A stretch of DNA of 64,000 nt, from contig NW_027590143.1 in the NCBI RefSeq assembly GCF_964213995.1, positions 62,001 through 126,000 on the forward strand, written 5' to 3'. Position 1 is the first letter of the stretch. Each line of letters begins with the position of its first letter. This stretch comes from Mustelus asterias. Taxonomy: Eukaryota. The position numbers were made by a program, and so were the translations under genes. Under the pieces are notes generated by a model that had not been told where the DNA came from, made no database searches, and was given only the letters and a program-made list of their open reading frames with translations. Of the stretch, positions 1 to 12,964 are shown piece by piece.

Positions 1-406
1 GAAGTAATTGTGGGCCAAGTTTTTTCTGCTCACTCCCGACCCCTTTAGGTTCTGTAGAAAAGTTAACCCTTTCAGCAGACAGTCCATTTGTTTGTAAATC
101 ACCTGGAAACTCATGTGTCTATTTTAGTTTTTGATTGAGGATTTATGGGAACCAGTTAAATGTGGAAATTTTATGTGGAGCCTGGAGGAATTTGGAAGAA
201 CTGTGAGGATTTTATCGTGTTGTCACCACAACCCCAGATAAAGAACAAAGATTTTGCAGCTGGCAACATGTTTGGGATTTTAAATCAACAAAGACTAGAT
301 GTTTCCTATAAAATCAGGCTTTGGAAGTTGGCTAAAAAAAGTTTAAGTTATAATGAAGGGGAATTAAGGATCTTGTATCTTATTTTAATCAAGGAGTTGT
401 GAGCTT

Positions 407-1318
407 AGACCATAAGACATAGGAGCAAAATTAGGCCACTCGGCCCATCGAGTCTTCTCCGCGATTCAATCATGGCTGATATTTTTCTCATCCCCATTCT
501 CCTGCCTTTTCCCCATAACCCCTGATCCCCTCATTAATCAAGAACCTATCTATCTCTGTCTTACAGACACTCAATGAACTGACCTTCACAGCCTTCTGCG
601 GCAAAGAGTTCCACAGATTCAACACTCTCTGGCTGAAGAAATTCTTCCTCATCTCTGTTTTAAAGGATCATCCCTTTAGCCTGAGGTTGTGCCCTCGAGT
701 TCTAGTTTTTCCTACTAAGTTTCAATAAGATCCCCACTCATCCTTCTAAACTCCAATGAGTACAGACCCAGAGTCCTCAACCATTCTTCATACGACAAGC
801 TCTTCATTCCAGAAATCATTCTTGTGAACCTCCTCCAGACCCTTTCCAAGACCAGCATATCCTTCCTTAGATGTGGGGCTCAAAACTGCTCACAATACAA
901 TGGGGTCTGACCAGAGCCTTATACAGTCTCAGAAGTACATCGCTGCTGTTGTATTCTAGCCCTCTTGACATGAATGCTAACATTGCATTTACCTTCCTAA
1001 CTGCCAACTAAACCTGCCTTAAGAGAATCTTGAACAATGACTCCCAAGTCCCTTTGTGCTTCTGATTTCTGAAGCATTTCCCCATTTAGGAAATAGTCGA
1101 TGCCTCCATTCCTCCTACCCAAGTGCATAATCTCACACTTTTCCACATTGTATTCCATCTGCCACTTCTTTGCCCACTCTCCTAGCCCATCAAAGTCCTT
1201 CTGCAGCCCCCCTGCTCCCTCAATACTACCTGTACTTCCACATATCTTTGTATCATCTGCAAACTTAGCAACAGTGTCTTCAGTTCCATCTTCCAAATCA
1301 TTAATGTATATTGCGAAA
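407..1318 (-). mobile_element. CR1-clade LINE, 5'-truncated 3' fragment (RT C-terminus + 3' UTR)
   Basis: ORF 997..1296 has KFADDTK and WAKKWQMEYNVEKC, typical CR1 RT; short-repeat tail near 407-422. Confidence 0.9.
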
Positions 1319-1915
1319 CGTTTGTGGTGCTCTGTCGCTTTAAGAAGCTATCGCTGCGAGAGAGAATGCTGAGGATTCATTGTTTGAAATTTACGAGCTG
1401 TGAGAACCTGTGTGTTTCATTTGTTTTATGTGGATGTTTGTAGATGTGTTTTATTATTGTTTTGGGCTACATTTGTTAAGGTTTATCTTTCTGGGGAATT
1501 AACCTTACCTTGAGTCTTTAATTAAAGGCATTTCTGGAAGTTTAGAAACAGAACCACAAGAACGCTTCAGGAATTAATTTCAGTTATTGTTGTAAAGCAC
1601 ATGCTAAGTTTCTCTGCTTGTGTATGGATGATATTTGTGGGTTGAATGCTTCAAGCTTTCAGGTTTTCTGTCTGTGATTTAAATCAAACAGATTTAAATA
1701 AAGGACGTGTAATTAATAAAGCTTTTTTTCACAAAAGTTGTGAACCTGGAGCCACATTTACTGGCCAGAGACATGATTCCAGGATACTTTGCTAAACTTG
1801 TGGGAATTTTAATTCGGATTCAAACTCACACATGTGAGTATGAGAGAGTTTTAATTGTAATGGTGATTTAAAATTTGGGACATGTGAAATGATTCTGACC
1901 ATTCCTGTGTTCATT

Positions 1916-2270
1916 GAATCATAGAGTCCCTCCAGTACAGAAGGGACCATTCGGACCATCGAGTCTGCACCATCTCTCTAACAGAGCACCTTACCCAGGC
2001 CCTTTCCCCTGCCCTATCCCTGTAATCTCACACATTTACCATGGCTAACCTATCTAACCCACACAGCTTGGGATACTAAGAGGGAATTCAACATTGCAAA
2101 TCCACTGAATCTGGGCATCTTTGGTCTGTGGGTGGAAACTGGAGCACCCGGAGTAAGCCCACGCAGACACAGGGAGAACATGCAAATTCCAAACAGACAC
2201 TCACCCAAGGCTGGAATTAAATGCCTGACGCTGTGAGGTAGCAGTGCTAACCACTGTGCCACCATGTCAC
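1916..2270 (-). mobile_element. HE1-like tRNA-derived V-SINE
   Basis: Reverse strand has head GGTGGCACAGTGGTTAGCACTGCTACCTCACAGCG, V-domain-like core and CR1-like tail. Confidence 0.85.
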
Positions 2271-4805
2271 CCGATAGTTGAGGCCAAAACATTGTCTGAT
2301 TTCAAGAAGATATGAGATACACTCTTGGGGCTAAAGGGATCAAGGGATATGGAAGGAAGGGGCGAATCAGGAAATTGAATTCAATGATCAGCCATGATCA
2401 AGATGAATGGTGGAACAGGCTCAAGGGGCCGAATGGCCTACTCCTGCTTCTAGTTTCTATGTTTCTCTCCACTGTGCCAGCGTTCCATCCAGTGACACAG
2501 TGGTTAGCACTGCTGCCTCAAAAAAGCAAATACAACAATGGCTTTGGCATCTGCTACAATGTGACTGACAGTTTGACAATGGAGTCAAGGGCATCAGGAG
2601 CAAAAGATACCCTGGGAGGTGGAGAAGAATGTGACGGAGATTACGAGCGGGTCCTTGATAGGTTTTCTAAAGAGATTCAGAAAGGAAATAGTGAGTTGGA
2701 AAAAGTCCAGAATAAATTAATTTACAGTTACATTGGAAACCTGTTGCCTCACAGCTGAGTACAAAATATAAAGAGTTGAGGGAACTGGTGGATAAGCTGC
2801 AGAATGGAGCTGATTGCTGGCAGGAGAGCACGTCTGACCTGGACAATCAGTTACATTGGGAACAGGGGGCAGATGATAGGGTGAGTGGAGCTCAGAAAAA
2901 TCTCAGAGTTTGGCCAAACTTTGGAACAAGATATTGATTTACAGTCAGAAAATATCAGATCAAGTGAAGAGTTAGAAGATGCCATGGGGACTTTGAGGAA
3001 GTGAATTCAGCCACAAAGTGACACCTCCCTGAAGCAGACCACTCCCCGTGTTTAGCTAAAATCAAACAACCTGAGACACAAATCAGTCACCAGTGAGAAG
3101 ATGTAGTTGTTTTCTCCAAAACCAAGGCCACTGAAAGCACTCCTCCCTCTCCTCTGCCTCTCCTGTGTGATAAGGGAATGCAGGTGTGTGAGGTTAGCCA
3201 TGACTTCTGCACCATCATGATCCACAACCCTTACTCCAAGTTGGTTTGCCCAGTTGAAGGAATTCTTAAAGCAGCGTGTTTTTTGCAAGTATCATAGATT
3301 CGAAGACTTAGTTTGGAAAGGGAGTAGCAATTAATATAATTTGAAATGCCGTGTGTTTCTGTTTGAAATAAACTCAGACTGTACTAAAATGTGAAAGGAA
3401 TGTATTTGGGTTTGAAATTAAGTTGTTCAAGGTTAGAATTGTGAAGGCCAATTTGCTCCCAAAACACAAAGATAAGGCTGCAGTTTGGCAGCAAACCAGT
3501 TCCAACTTTCCAAAACATTTGAGTTAAAATTGTTGAGATTCGGTTAACAACATATTTCACAAAGTATTTCTTTCAACTTCGATTAAGTAGCAAATATTGG
3601 AAATTGGCATTTACAAAAAAGACAGACAAAAGAGATGAAATTTGAGCAAAATTGAAGAAAATGACATGAGAGAAGTTTTTTAAACTATGTAAGTTGATGC
3701 AATTGCCAAGTTTCCTCTGCCCACTCCCCGCCTCTCTCGGTTCCACAGAGAAGTTAACCCTTTCAGCAGACAGTTGATTTTTATAAATCTCCAAACAGCC
3801 TTTGTTTTTTAATGTAACCTATGATTGGACATATTAACTCACTGGGATCTTGGCCAGAGCCAGATGGATTGTTTTTTTAAACAGGTGATGACGGTTTCAC
3901 TCACAAACAATCCGAGTGAAGGCCGCAGTTTTGAGAATTAAAGCAGAGAATAAAAGACTTTACCTTTCAGAAAGCCAACAAGCCTGCTTTTGATATTGGA
4001 ATTGATAAATATCTGACATGAGTTGCTATTTCAAGCATTTAAAATGGAAATTACCTGGTGTTTAAGGGAAAGAACAAAATTGATAATGCCTGGAATCAAA
4101 CAGAAATGTTCGGTTTCTGTTAAAAGATATTATGAGAATACTTAATGATTTATTTGACACCAAAGATTCTCCAGAACTCCTGAAAGTGTAGTTTAAAGCA
4201 ATCCATACATTTGGGTGTTTATGAAGATTTGAGTGAAAGGGAAATCTAGATGAGATGAATGAGGTGACAGTTTTCTCTTGGAGATATTTGTTTCTTTGTC
4301 TATGAACTATTTGAGAGAACTGAATTTGATAATCTGGCCACCATCTGACACATTGGGACTCTACAGGGGGAAATAAGCAAAGACATTGAGATGAAGAACC
4401 CCTTTGACTCTGACTTTTGACTTTCTTCTGAAGATTCTGACAGAATTATTTAATGGTGCTTCTTTTGTAAGAAAGTGGAATCCAGGATGATGAAACTGAT
4501 TGGTAAAAAACACAGCACAATCCCAAAAGACCTGATAAACCTTCCACAAATGTAAAACAATGATTTGTTGGAGAGGGAAAAGAGATGCCAACAAGCATGA
4601 CAAAAGTACACTGTCTGGTTAAAAATAAAATGAGAGGCAACGTTTAACAGGAAGGGACATGTGTGAAGATGGCTTATGAGCGTGAGACTCCAACAGAGGG
4701 TTAAAGAAGGAGTTGGAACACCGATGTGAGATTGCAGAGGTGGTTTGTAAATTGTGAAGGAACTGACATCCGACAGTACACAGTGGAACTGCACTGAAGA
4801 ATAAA

Positions 4806-5072
4806 GGGTGGCATGGTGGCACAGTGGTTAGCACTGCTGCCTCACAGCGCCAAGGACTCGGGTTCAATTCTGGCCTTGGGTGACTGTCTGTGTGGAGTTT
4901 GCACATTTTCCCCATGTCTATGTGGGTTTCGTCCGGGTGCTCCAGTTTCTTCCCTCAGTCCAAGATTGGCAGGTTAGGTTGATTGGCCATAGTAAATTGT
5001 CCCTTCATGTCAGCGGAACGAGCAGGGTAAATAAGTGGTGTTATGGGGATAGGGCCTGATGGGATTGTGGTC
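4806..5072 (+). mobile_element. HE1-like V-SINE
   Basis: GGTGGCACAGTGGTTAGCACTGCTGCCTCACAGCGCC head; TGTGTGGAGTTTGCAC...GGGTGCTCC core. Confidence 0.85.
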
Positions 5073-5073
5073 T

Positions 5074-5808
5074 GGGGAAATGCTTAGGAAATCAGAAGCA
5101 CAAAGGGACTTGTAAGTTCTGGTTCAGGACTCTCTGAAGGTTAACATGCAGGTTCAGTTGACAGTTTGGAAGGCAAATGCAATGTTAGCATTCATGTCGA
5201 GAGGGCGAGAATACAAGAGCAGGGATGTACTTCTGAGGCTGTCTAAGGCTCTGGTCAGACCCCATTTGGAGTATTGTGAGCAGTTTTGGGCCCCTTATCT
5301 AAGGAAGGATGTGCTGGCCTTGGAAGGGGTCCAGAGGAGGTTCACAAGAATGATCCCTGGAATGAAGAGCTTGTCGTATGAGGAACGGTTGAGGACTCTG
5401 GGTCTGTACTCATTGGAGTTTGGAAGGATGAGGGGGGGGGGATCTAATTGAAACTTACAGAATACTGAGAGGCCTGGAGAGAGTGGATGTGGAGAGGATG
5501 TTTCCACTAGTGGGAGAGTGTAGAACTCGAGGGCACAACTTCAGAGTGAAGGGATGATCCTTTAAAACAGATGAGGAGGAATTTCTTCAGCCAGAGTGGT
5601 GAATCTTTGGAAGGAGAGCTGTGAGGACCAGGTCATTGAGTGTCTTTAAGAGAGAGATAGGCAGGTTCTTGATTAATAGCTGGATCAAGGGTTACGGGGA
5701 GAAGACAGGAGAATGGGGACAAGAATCAGATCAGCCATGATTGAATGGCAGAGCAGATTCGACGGGTCAAATGGCCTAATTCTGCTCCTATATCTTATGG
5801 TCTTATGA
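5074..5808 (+). mobile_element. CR1 LINE 3' fragment
   Basis: ORF 5146..5451 has LVRPHLEYCEQFWAP...QRRFTRMIPG; tail TCTTATGGTCTTATG. Confidence 0.9.
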
Positions 5809-6321
5809 TTACATTAGAACGGTCTGGGTATTCTGTATCTGAGACCATCAATATAATTTCTCCCATTGATCACTGGTTTTTAATAAAGTTTTACCTTTAT
5901 ACTGTGACATTGGTTTCCGGAGTATAATTGCCACCTTGTCGGAGAAACCACTAACAAATGGTGTGGAAGGGGTTCTGGGTTAATTAGCAGAATGACAGGC
6001 AGAGTCTGAGGTTTAGCAACAGCTGGGGAGGAAAGAGTTACAGGGATTCCCTGTACTGCCAGGGGTGGTGGTGGAGGCAGATACAATAGGGGCTTTTAGA
6101 TAAGCACATGAATTTGTGAGGAATAGAGGAATATGGACCAAGGGCAGGCAGAAAGGAATAGTTTAATTTGGCATCATGTTCGACACAACATGGTGGGCTG
6201 AAGGGTCTGTTCCTGTGCTGTACTGTTCTACGTTCTATTTGTGATCTCCATTTAGAAAAAGGAAACAGAGGCACTGGAGAAGGGGCAAGAAAGATTCACA
6301 AGAATAATCCCAGAACTGTAA

Positions 6322-7592
6322 TCACTTGTGAACTCACTGGTGTTTCACCACGTTTGCTGACTGAGTGAATCACAGTCAGAGCAGGTGACCAGCCTCTGCC
6401 CAGTGTGAACTCACTGAAGTACCCGTGGGTTGGATGACTCAGTGAATCCCTTCCCACACTGAGAACAGCTCCCCAGTGTGAACTCGCTGGTGTTTCAGCA
6501 GTGCTGAAGATATTCTAAACCTCTTTGAACAGTGAGAGCAGCTGAACGGTCTCTCCTCAGTGTGAATGCGCTGTTGGGACATCAGCTCTCCAGAGCTTTT
6601 GAAGCCACTTCCACAGTCAGAGCATTTGAAAGGCCTCAGATTGGTGTGAGTGACTTTGTGTCTGAGCAAGCTGGATGACTGAGTGAATCCCTTCCCACAC
6701 AAAGAGCAGGTGAATGGTCTCTCCCCGGTGTGAACTCGCTGGTGGGACACCAGTTCTCCAGAGCTTTTGAATCTGCTCCCACAGTCAGAGCATTTAAAGG
6801 GTCTCTCATTGGTGTGAGTGAGATTATGACTCAGCAGGTGGGATAACTGAGTAAATCCCTTCCCACAGTCAGAACAGGTGAATGGTCTCTCCCCAGTGTG
6901 AACTCGCTGATGTCTCTGCAGCTTGGATGAGCTTTTAAACCTCTTTCTGCAGTGAGAGCAGCTGAACGGTCTCTCCTCAGTGTGACACCTGGTGGGACAC
7001 TGGTTCTCCAGAGGTTTTGAAGCCAATGCTACAGTCAGAGCATTTAAAGGATCCCTCAGTGGTGTGAGTGAGATTGTGGCTCTGCAGGCTGGATAAGTGA
7101 GTGAATCCCTTCCCGCACACAGAGTAGGTGAATGGCCGCTCCCCAGTGTGAATGTGTCGATGAGATTCCAGCCGTGATGGGACCCTGAATCGCCTCCCAC
7201 AGTCCCCACATTTCCACGGTTTCCCCCTGGTGCGGGTGTTCTTGTGACTCTCCAGGTTAAACAATCAGTTAAATCTCACACAGAACACGGGTACAGTCTC
7301 TCCCCGCTGTGAATGCTGCGATGTATTTTCAGACTGTGTAACTGGTTCAAGCTCTTTCCACACAGTACACTGGAACACACTCACTCAGGTGTGTCTGTGT
7401 CTCGGTGATTTTTCAGTTACATTTATGTTAAAAAAGAATTCTGAAGCAGACAGAACAGAAAAAGATTTCTCATTTTAGATTCAAAGGACAATGATATTCA
7501 GGTCCTGATTAAATGAATAACTCTGTCAGGTCTTGATGTGTTGTTTGATTTGAAATTTCTGCCTGTAAATCCTCACCTTCTGCAAATCTATC
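6322..7592 (-). pseudogene. C2H2 zinc-finger gene, subfamily A, frameshifted (ZNF-1)
   Basis: Fingers split over two frames (ORFs 6977..7264 and 6439..7209), frameshift near 6985, deletion near 6465, lost Cys (TYSVC), no ATG at the paralogous start. Acceptor TTTTGCAG at 7593-7600; relic stop at 6322-6324. Confidence 0.8.
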
Positions 7593-7829
7593 CTGCAAAA
7601 GAGTTTATAAAATTCATCAGTGTTAGTACAGGATAGAAATTCAGAACAGACAATTCTAGTTTCTATGGAACATTCTTTCCTCTCTCATTCCCCAAAAAGC
7701 TGTGAATCTCCATCCCACACACTCTCCCTCCATTCTCACTCTGCTGTATCTAATATTCACCCTGCCAATTCTTCGAAAGGTGCTGATTGAGGCTGATTGA
7801 CAGATCCATACTCACTGCTTCCTGTCCTG

Positions 7830-8578
7830 GATGTGGAGATGTCGGTGTTGGACTGGGGTAGACACAGTAAGAAGTCTCACAACACCAGGTTAAAGTCCAA
7901 CAGGTTTATTAGCAGCAGGAGCTTTCGGAGCTTTCATCAGCTGTGTGCAGGATTTGGTTCGCAAACAGGGCATATATAGACACAAACTCCATTATAAGAT
8001 AATGGTTGGAATGCGAGTCTTAACAGGTAATCAAGTCTTTGCAGGTACAATGTGAGTGGAGAGAGGGTTGAGCACAGGTTAAAGAGGTGTGAATTGTCTC
8101 AATGTTGTCTCAATTGTCTCACATTGTTTGTACCTTTAAGACTTGATTAGCTGTAAGTATTCGCATTCCAACCATTATTCATGTAAATTGAGTCTGTGTC
8201 TTTATATGCCCTGTTTGTGAACAGAATTCCCACTCACCTGAAGAAGGGGCTTGGAGCTCCGAAAGCTTGTGTGGCTTTTGCGACCAAATAAACCTGTTGG
8301 ACTTTAACCTGGTGTTGTTAAACTTCTTACTGAATTGTCTCAAGCCAGGACAGTTGGTGAGATTTTGCAAGCCCAGCAAGTTGTGGGGGTTACAGATAGT
8401 GTGACATGAACCCAAGATCCTGGTTGAGACCGTCCTCGTGTGTGCGGAACTTGGCTATCAGTTTCTGCTCAGCGATTCTGCGCTGTCGTGAGTCTTGAAG
8501 GCCGCCTTGGAGAACACTTACCCGAAGATCAAGGGCATTCAGCCTCTGATCTTCGGGTAAGTGTTCGCCAAGGCGGTT
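7830..8578 (-). mobile_element. Penelope-like element 3' end with nested inverted copy and inverted 5' repeat
   Basis: Minus strand 8395-8530 translates to LRVSVLQGGLQDSRQRRIAEQKLIAKFRTHEDGLNQDLGFMSHYL* (GIY-YIG C-terminus-like). Inner + strand copy ~8110-8331 flanked by GAATTGTCTCAA direct repeats. 8548-8578 inverts 8500-8530. Confidence 0.75.
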
Positions 8579-9059
8579 TATAGTTTAGTTTTGATTGTTT
8601 ATTAATTAGTGTCACAAGGAGGCTTACATTAACACTGCAATGAAGTCACTTGAAAATCATGAAAAAAGTGCAAAAAATCTATGAAGTTACTGAGAGAGTC
8701 GGCATGGACTCGAGTTGTCCAATGGACTCCTTCTGTGCTGTAATGACTCTATAACTGGAAATATATAACGTAGCTACAGTACAATATGACAAGATTGGAA
8801 TGATAAATGCATTTATTGCAGGACCAGGAATAAACCTGTCTGATACAACAACACTGGACATATCTCTGTGCTATATTAATTTACTGTCCCCTTAAATGTC
8901 AGCCATTTCCTGGGGAAACCAGCCCTTCAATTGTGAACATTAGGAAAGAGACCATCCTTTTAGCCAGACAAATAAATGTGTCAAGCTGAGGGAGCAAAGG
9001 ATGTCAATGTCTTTAAGAGAGAGAGAGACCTGGGCCAACCTTTCTAGAGTCTGCAGCCT

Positions 9060-9610
9060 CCCTGGATTCACTTCCTTCCTTCAGTTGCTGCAAGTCCCCA
9101 ATTTCCCCCAGAATGAGAAAAGAAATGGAAAGGGGGAGAAAAGAAAGTGTTTTACTCTCAGATGTTGGAGACAGGAGGAAGTTTCAGTCTGTCTGAAGCG
9201 CAATCTTCATTCACGCAAAGCCGGCGCTCTGATGAGCTGGAGAACCAGAGTCCTTTCGGTCCTCCAACTCTTCCTATTAGTGAACACCTCAGAAGGGCAG
9301 GGGATGGACTCTCCCCTGGACATGCACCTCTCCCTTGGACAGCCGCCGTCCTTGGCCGGGGGGAGGGGGAGATCACTGAGCGGCTTCTCGCTCTGGACGG
9401 ACCCGTCAGCCGGTTGCCTGGAAACCTTGGCTCGATGTGGTGTAGGCGGAGGGGGAACAATGGGTGGGGGCGGGGCTCCCGGGTCCACGCGCCCGGGCCT
9501 GCTCACTGGAACCCGGAGAGGTCACCGCGGAGCAGAGTGATTCCTATTGGCTAATTCAAGGATGGCTCCACTGTGATGTCACAAAGGGGAAGTTGGCCAA
9601 TGATGATGTA
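9060..9610 (-). promoter_or_regulatory. CpG-rich promoter / first-exon module of ZNF-1
   Basis: CpG-rich, GC box GGGGCGGGG, CCAAT (ATTGG) boxes, TGTGATGTCACA palindrome variant; clearly homologous to 40117-40560 and, inverted, to 40625-40700. Confidence 0.6.
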
Positions 9611-10916
9611 ATTTAAACAATGCCTGAGATCACTTCACTTCTTGGTCAGACCCCCTTTTCAGTCCAGTGCTACTTGGAGTTTACCGTCAATTCAACAACT
9701 ATTGGGTTACAAGTCCCTCACAGTTCTGATCACAAATTCATGATAAAATAATTCAAATAATGCATGAGAACACTTCTTAACTAACTACCTACCACTGTTT
9801 GTTGATTGATCAGACCCCCTTTTTACAGATTCGGGTATCTCAGCCGCTGAACACCAGCCGGTCCTGGAATAAGTTTAATTCTAACTCATTCTGAGTAAAT
9901 ATTCTCAGCAGGTCCTCTGTTGGGGCCCTGCTAAGCAGCTTTAATGGTTCATGATTGCAGAAACTGAGAAGTCACAGGAACGTGGTCAAGATAGTCCAGT
10001 CCCATAATGCCTCACATTCAATCTGCAGTCCTTCAGTTATAACAGAATATGTGGCTGTATGTAGCTGCCTCGGCCACGATTAGCGCCAACTCTGCCTTCC
10101 TGAACTGCTACAATGCCTAAGGTGTAAGTACACCCACAGTGCTGTTAGGGAGGGATTTCCAGCTACACATTCCACATTTCCTCTAGACTGTGGGTGGATA
10201 CGAGATTGATACATTTCATTCAACTGCACCCAAGCTGAGTTATTCAAATCCCTTTATTCTCCGTGACAATATATTCATTATTTCTTTAAAACAGAAATTA
10301 AACATTCCCATTTGATTTCAGGTATTAACATATTCTGTTAGTTTGATCTTTATTGTCAATGTCAGGCTGGGGTTGTTCCTCTTGGAGCAAAGGAGGTTGA
10401 GGGGAGATTTGATAGAGGTGGACAAGATTCTGACAGGTTTAGATAAGGTGGTCAAAGAAAAGCTGTTCCCATTAGCTGATGGGACAAGGATGAGGGGGTC
10501 ACAGATTTATGGTTTTGGGTCAGAGATGCAGGGGGGGATGTGAGGAAGAATATTTTGATGGAGTGAATGGTAATGACCTGGAACTCGCTGCCTACGAGGG
10601 AGGAGGAAGTGGAGACAATAAACAATTACAAAGGAAATTGGATGGGCATTGGGAGGTTTCAAACAGAAATGCTGACTAAATATCTCTTAACTTCCTCACA
10701 CCCTGTCACTCTGTGATCCTTGCGAAATCTGATACCAGATATTCACAACAAGACTCAAAGAGCATCAGCCCACTGGAGGCAAAGTCATGAGACCGGCCAG
10801 TCCAGCAGAAAGAAATCCTCCGACCCTCCCCATTGACCAACTGTGAGAATGAACAAAATGCAGTCCTGGATGTAATTGAGAGCAGAAACAATAACAGCAG
10901 AATCCAACCTCTGGAA

Positions 10917-11591
10917 TCACTCGTGAGCGTTTTGGTGTCTCAGCAGGTGGGATGAAGCTCTGAACCCCTTCCCACACTGAGAGCAGGTGAATGGCCTCTC
11001 CCCAGTGTGAAGTCGCTGGTGCGTCTGCAGGCTGGATAACTGAGTGAATCCCTTCCCACACTGAGAGCAGGTGAATGGTCTCTCCCCAGTGTGAACTCGC
11101 TGGTGTTTCTGCAGGTTAGCTAATTGACTGAACCCCTTCTCACACTGAGAGCAGGTGAATGGTCTCTCCCCAGTGTGAATTCGCTGGTGTTTCTGCAGGT
11201 GAGCTAATTGACTGAACCCCTTCTCACACTGAGAGCAGGTGAATGGCCTCTCCCCAGTGTGAAGTCGCTGGTGCGTCTGCAGGCTGCATAACTGAGTGAA
11301 TCCCTTCCCACACTGAGAGCAGGTGAATGGTCTCTCCCCAGTGTGAACTCGCTGGTGTTTCTGCAGGTTAGCTAATTGACTGAACCCCTTCTCACACTGA
11401 GAGCAGGTGAATGGTCTCTCCCCAGTGTGAACTCGCTGGTGTGTCCGCAGGGTGGATAAATCAGTGAATCCCTTCTCACACTGAGAGCAGGTGAATGGTC
11501 TCTCCCCAGTGTGGCTGCGCCGATGAACTTCCAGCTGAGATGGGGCTCTGCATCCCTTCCCACAGTCCCCACATTTCCATGGTTTCTCCAT
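10917..11591 (-). CDS. C2H2 zinc-finger protein, 8 fingers, subfamily A (ZNF-2)
   Basis: ACCATGGAGAAACCATGG start (MEKPWKC), 8 intact C-x2-C...H-x3-H fingers with TGERPF linkers, TGA at 10917-10919; exon acceptor at 11914-11915. Confidence 0.85.
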   Translation of the reverse strand: MEKPWKCGDCGKGCRAPSQLEVHRRSHTGERPFTCSQCEKGFTDLSTLRTHQRVHTGERPFTCSQCEKGFSQLANLQKHQRVHTGERPFTCSQCGKGFTQLCSLQTHQRLHTGERPFTCSQCEKGFSQLAHLQKHQRIHTGERPFTCSQCEKGFSQLANLQKHQRVHTGERPFTCSQCGKGFTQLSSLQTHQRLHTGERPFTCSQCGKGFRASSHLLRHQNAHE

Positions 11592-12624
11592 GGTGCAGGT
11601 GTCTTTTCCTCTCTCTTCAGTTGAAGACTCATCCACACACAGAACAGTCTCCCCCCGCTGTGAATGGTGTGATATTTATTCAGGCTGTGTAACTGGTTCA
11701 AGCTCAGTGCACTGGAACACACTCACCCGAGTGTGGCAGCGTGTTGGCTCTTTTGCAGTCACACTGATGTTTGAAATCTTTTCAAGTCATCAGACCAGAC
11801 AACCATTTCTCCTCGATTCAAAGGCCGATGATATTCAGCTCCCATGGAATATGACTCTGTCAGATCGAGACACAACGTTTGAGATTTCAGCCTGTGATTC
11901 CTCTTTCAGTATCCTGTAAAACAAGTTTGCAGAGGTCATCAGTGTCAGTACAGGATAGAAATTCAGAACACACAATTCTAGTTTCTATGGAACATTCTTT
12001 CCTCTCTCCAGACTCGAAACATTGGCTCTATTCTCTCTCTATCTGGGGGATAGCGTGGGAAATGATGCTGCGGTAGATCAGCCAATTCTCAATGAATGGT
12101 TGAGGCAGTTCGATGGGCTGAATGGCCAACTGCAGCTCCTGTTTCTTATGATTTGTGTGTCCACGACAGGAAGCAGTGAGCATGGATCTGTCAATCAGCC
12201 TCAATCAGCACCTTCAGGAGAATTGGGAGGGTGAATATTAGATACAGGAGAGTGAGAATGGAGGGAGAGTGAGTGGGATGGAGATTTACAGCTTTTGGGG
12301 AACGAGAGAGGAAAGAATGTTCATTAGAATCATAGAATTCCTACATCTTATCAACCGTCCCTGAGCTTTCACAATGAATCGCTCTTCTCAGGACACTCTT
12401 ATCTCTGACTTGTCTGTGCTGCTCGCAGTCTCACAAAGCAGCTGCCTGTGTGTTGACACAAGGGGCCCTGCGAGGCAAGTTTAATGCTCCATGACTGTGT
12501 CTTTAATGACTGAATAACTATAGGAATATGGTCAAGTCAGCTAAATCACATGATGCTTTATATTTCGGTTAGTAACTGTCCATTTTGTTAACATAGCACA
12601 TTTGGATATATAAATACATATAAC

Positions 12625-12795
12625 GGCAAAATATTGCGGATGCTGGAAAAAACAAAAACAGAAAATGCTGGAAAATGTCAGCAGGTCTGACAGCATCTGT
12701 GGAGAGAGAGTAGAGCCAACATTTAAAGTCTGGATGACCCTTGTTCTGACAAAGGGTCATCCAGACTCAAAATGTTAGTCTATTCTCTCTCTATA
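12625..12795. mobile_element. Penelope-derived short inverted-repeat element
   Basis: GCGGATGCTGGAA...CAGCATCTGTGGAGAGAG terminal motif with inverted AGTCTGGATGACCCTT/AAGGGTCATCCAGACT; related motifs at 25285-25380, 34980-35085, 53070-53240 and 62545-62640. Confidence 0.6.
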
Positions 12796-12964
12796 AATAT
12801 ATATACGACAGCTGCCTCAGGCTTGGCCCACTCTAACTCCCTGCAAAAGGAGATTACAAGAGTCATGTGTCAATTGTGGCTTGAAATTAAGAAATACACA
12901 TTTTTTGGGGGGTTTGAGATTGCTGTCAAAATCCTCTTCTAACCATCTGTAAAAGGAAATTCCA

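Noticed and set aside
3836-3870. Second degenerate U2 5' fragment
   Set aside because: Only a gapped partial resemblance (GATCTTGGCCAGAGCC); too weak to call by eye
10917-11636. PRDM9 ortholog
   Set aside because: The array is homogenised, but no PR/SET, SSXRD or KRAB exons are visible and the flanks match the local ZNF subfamily
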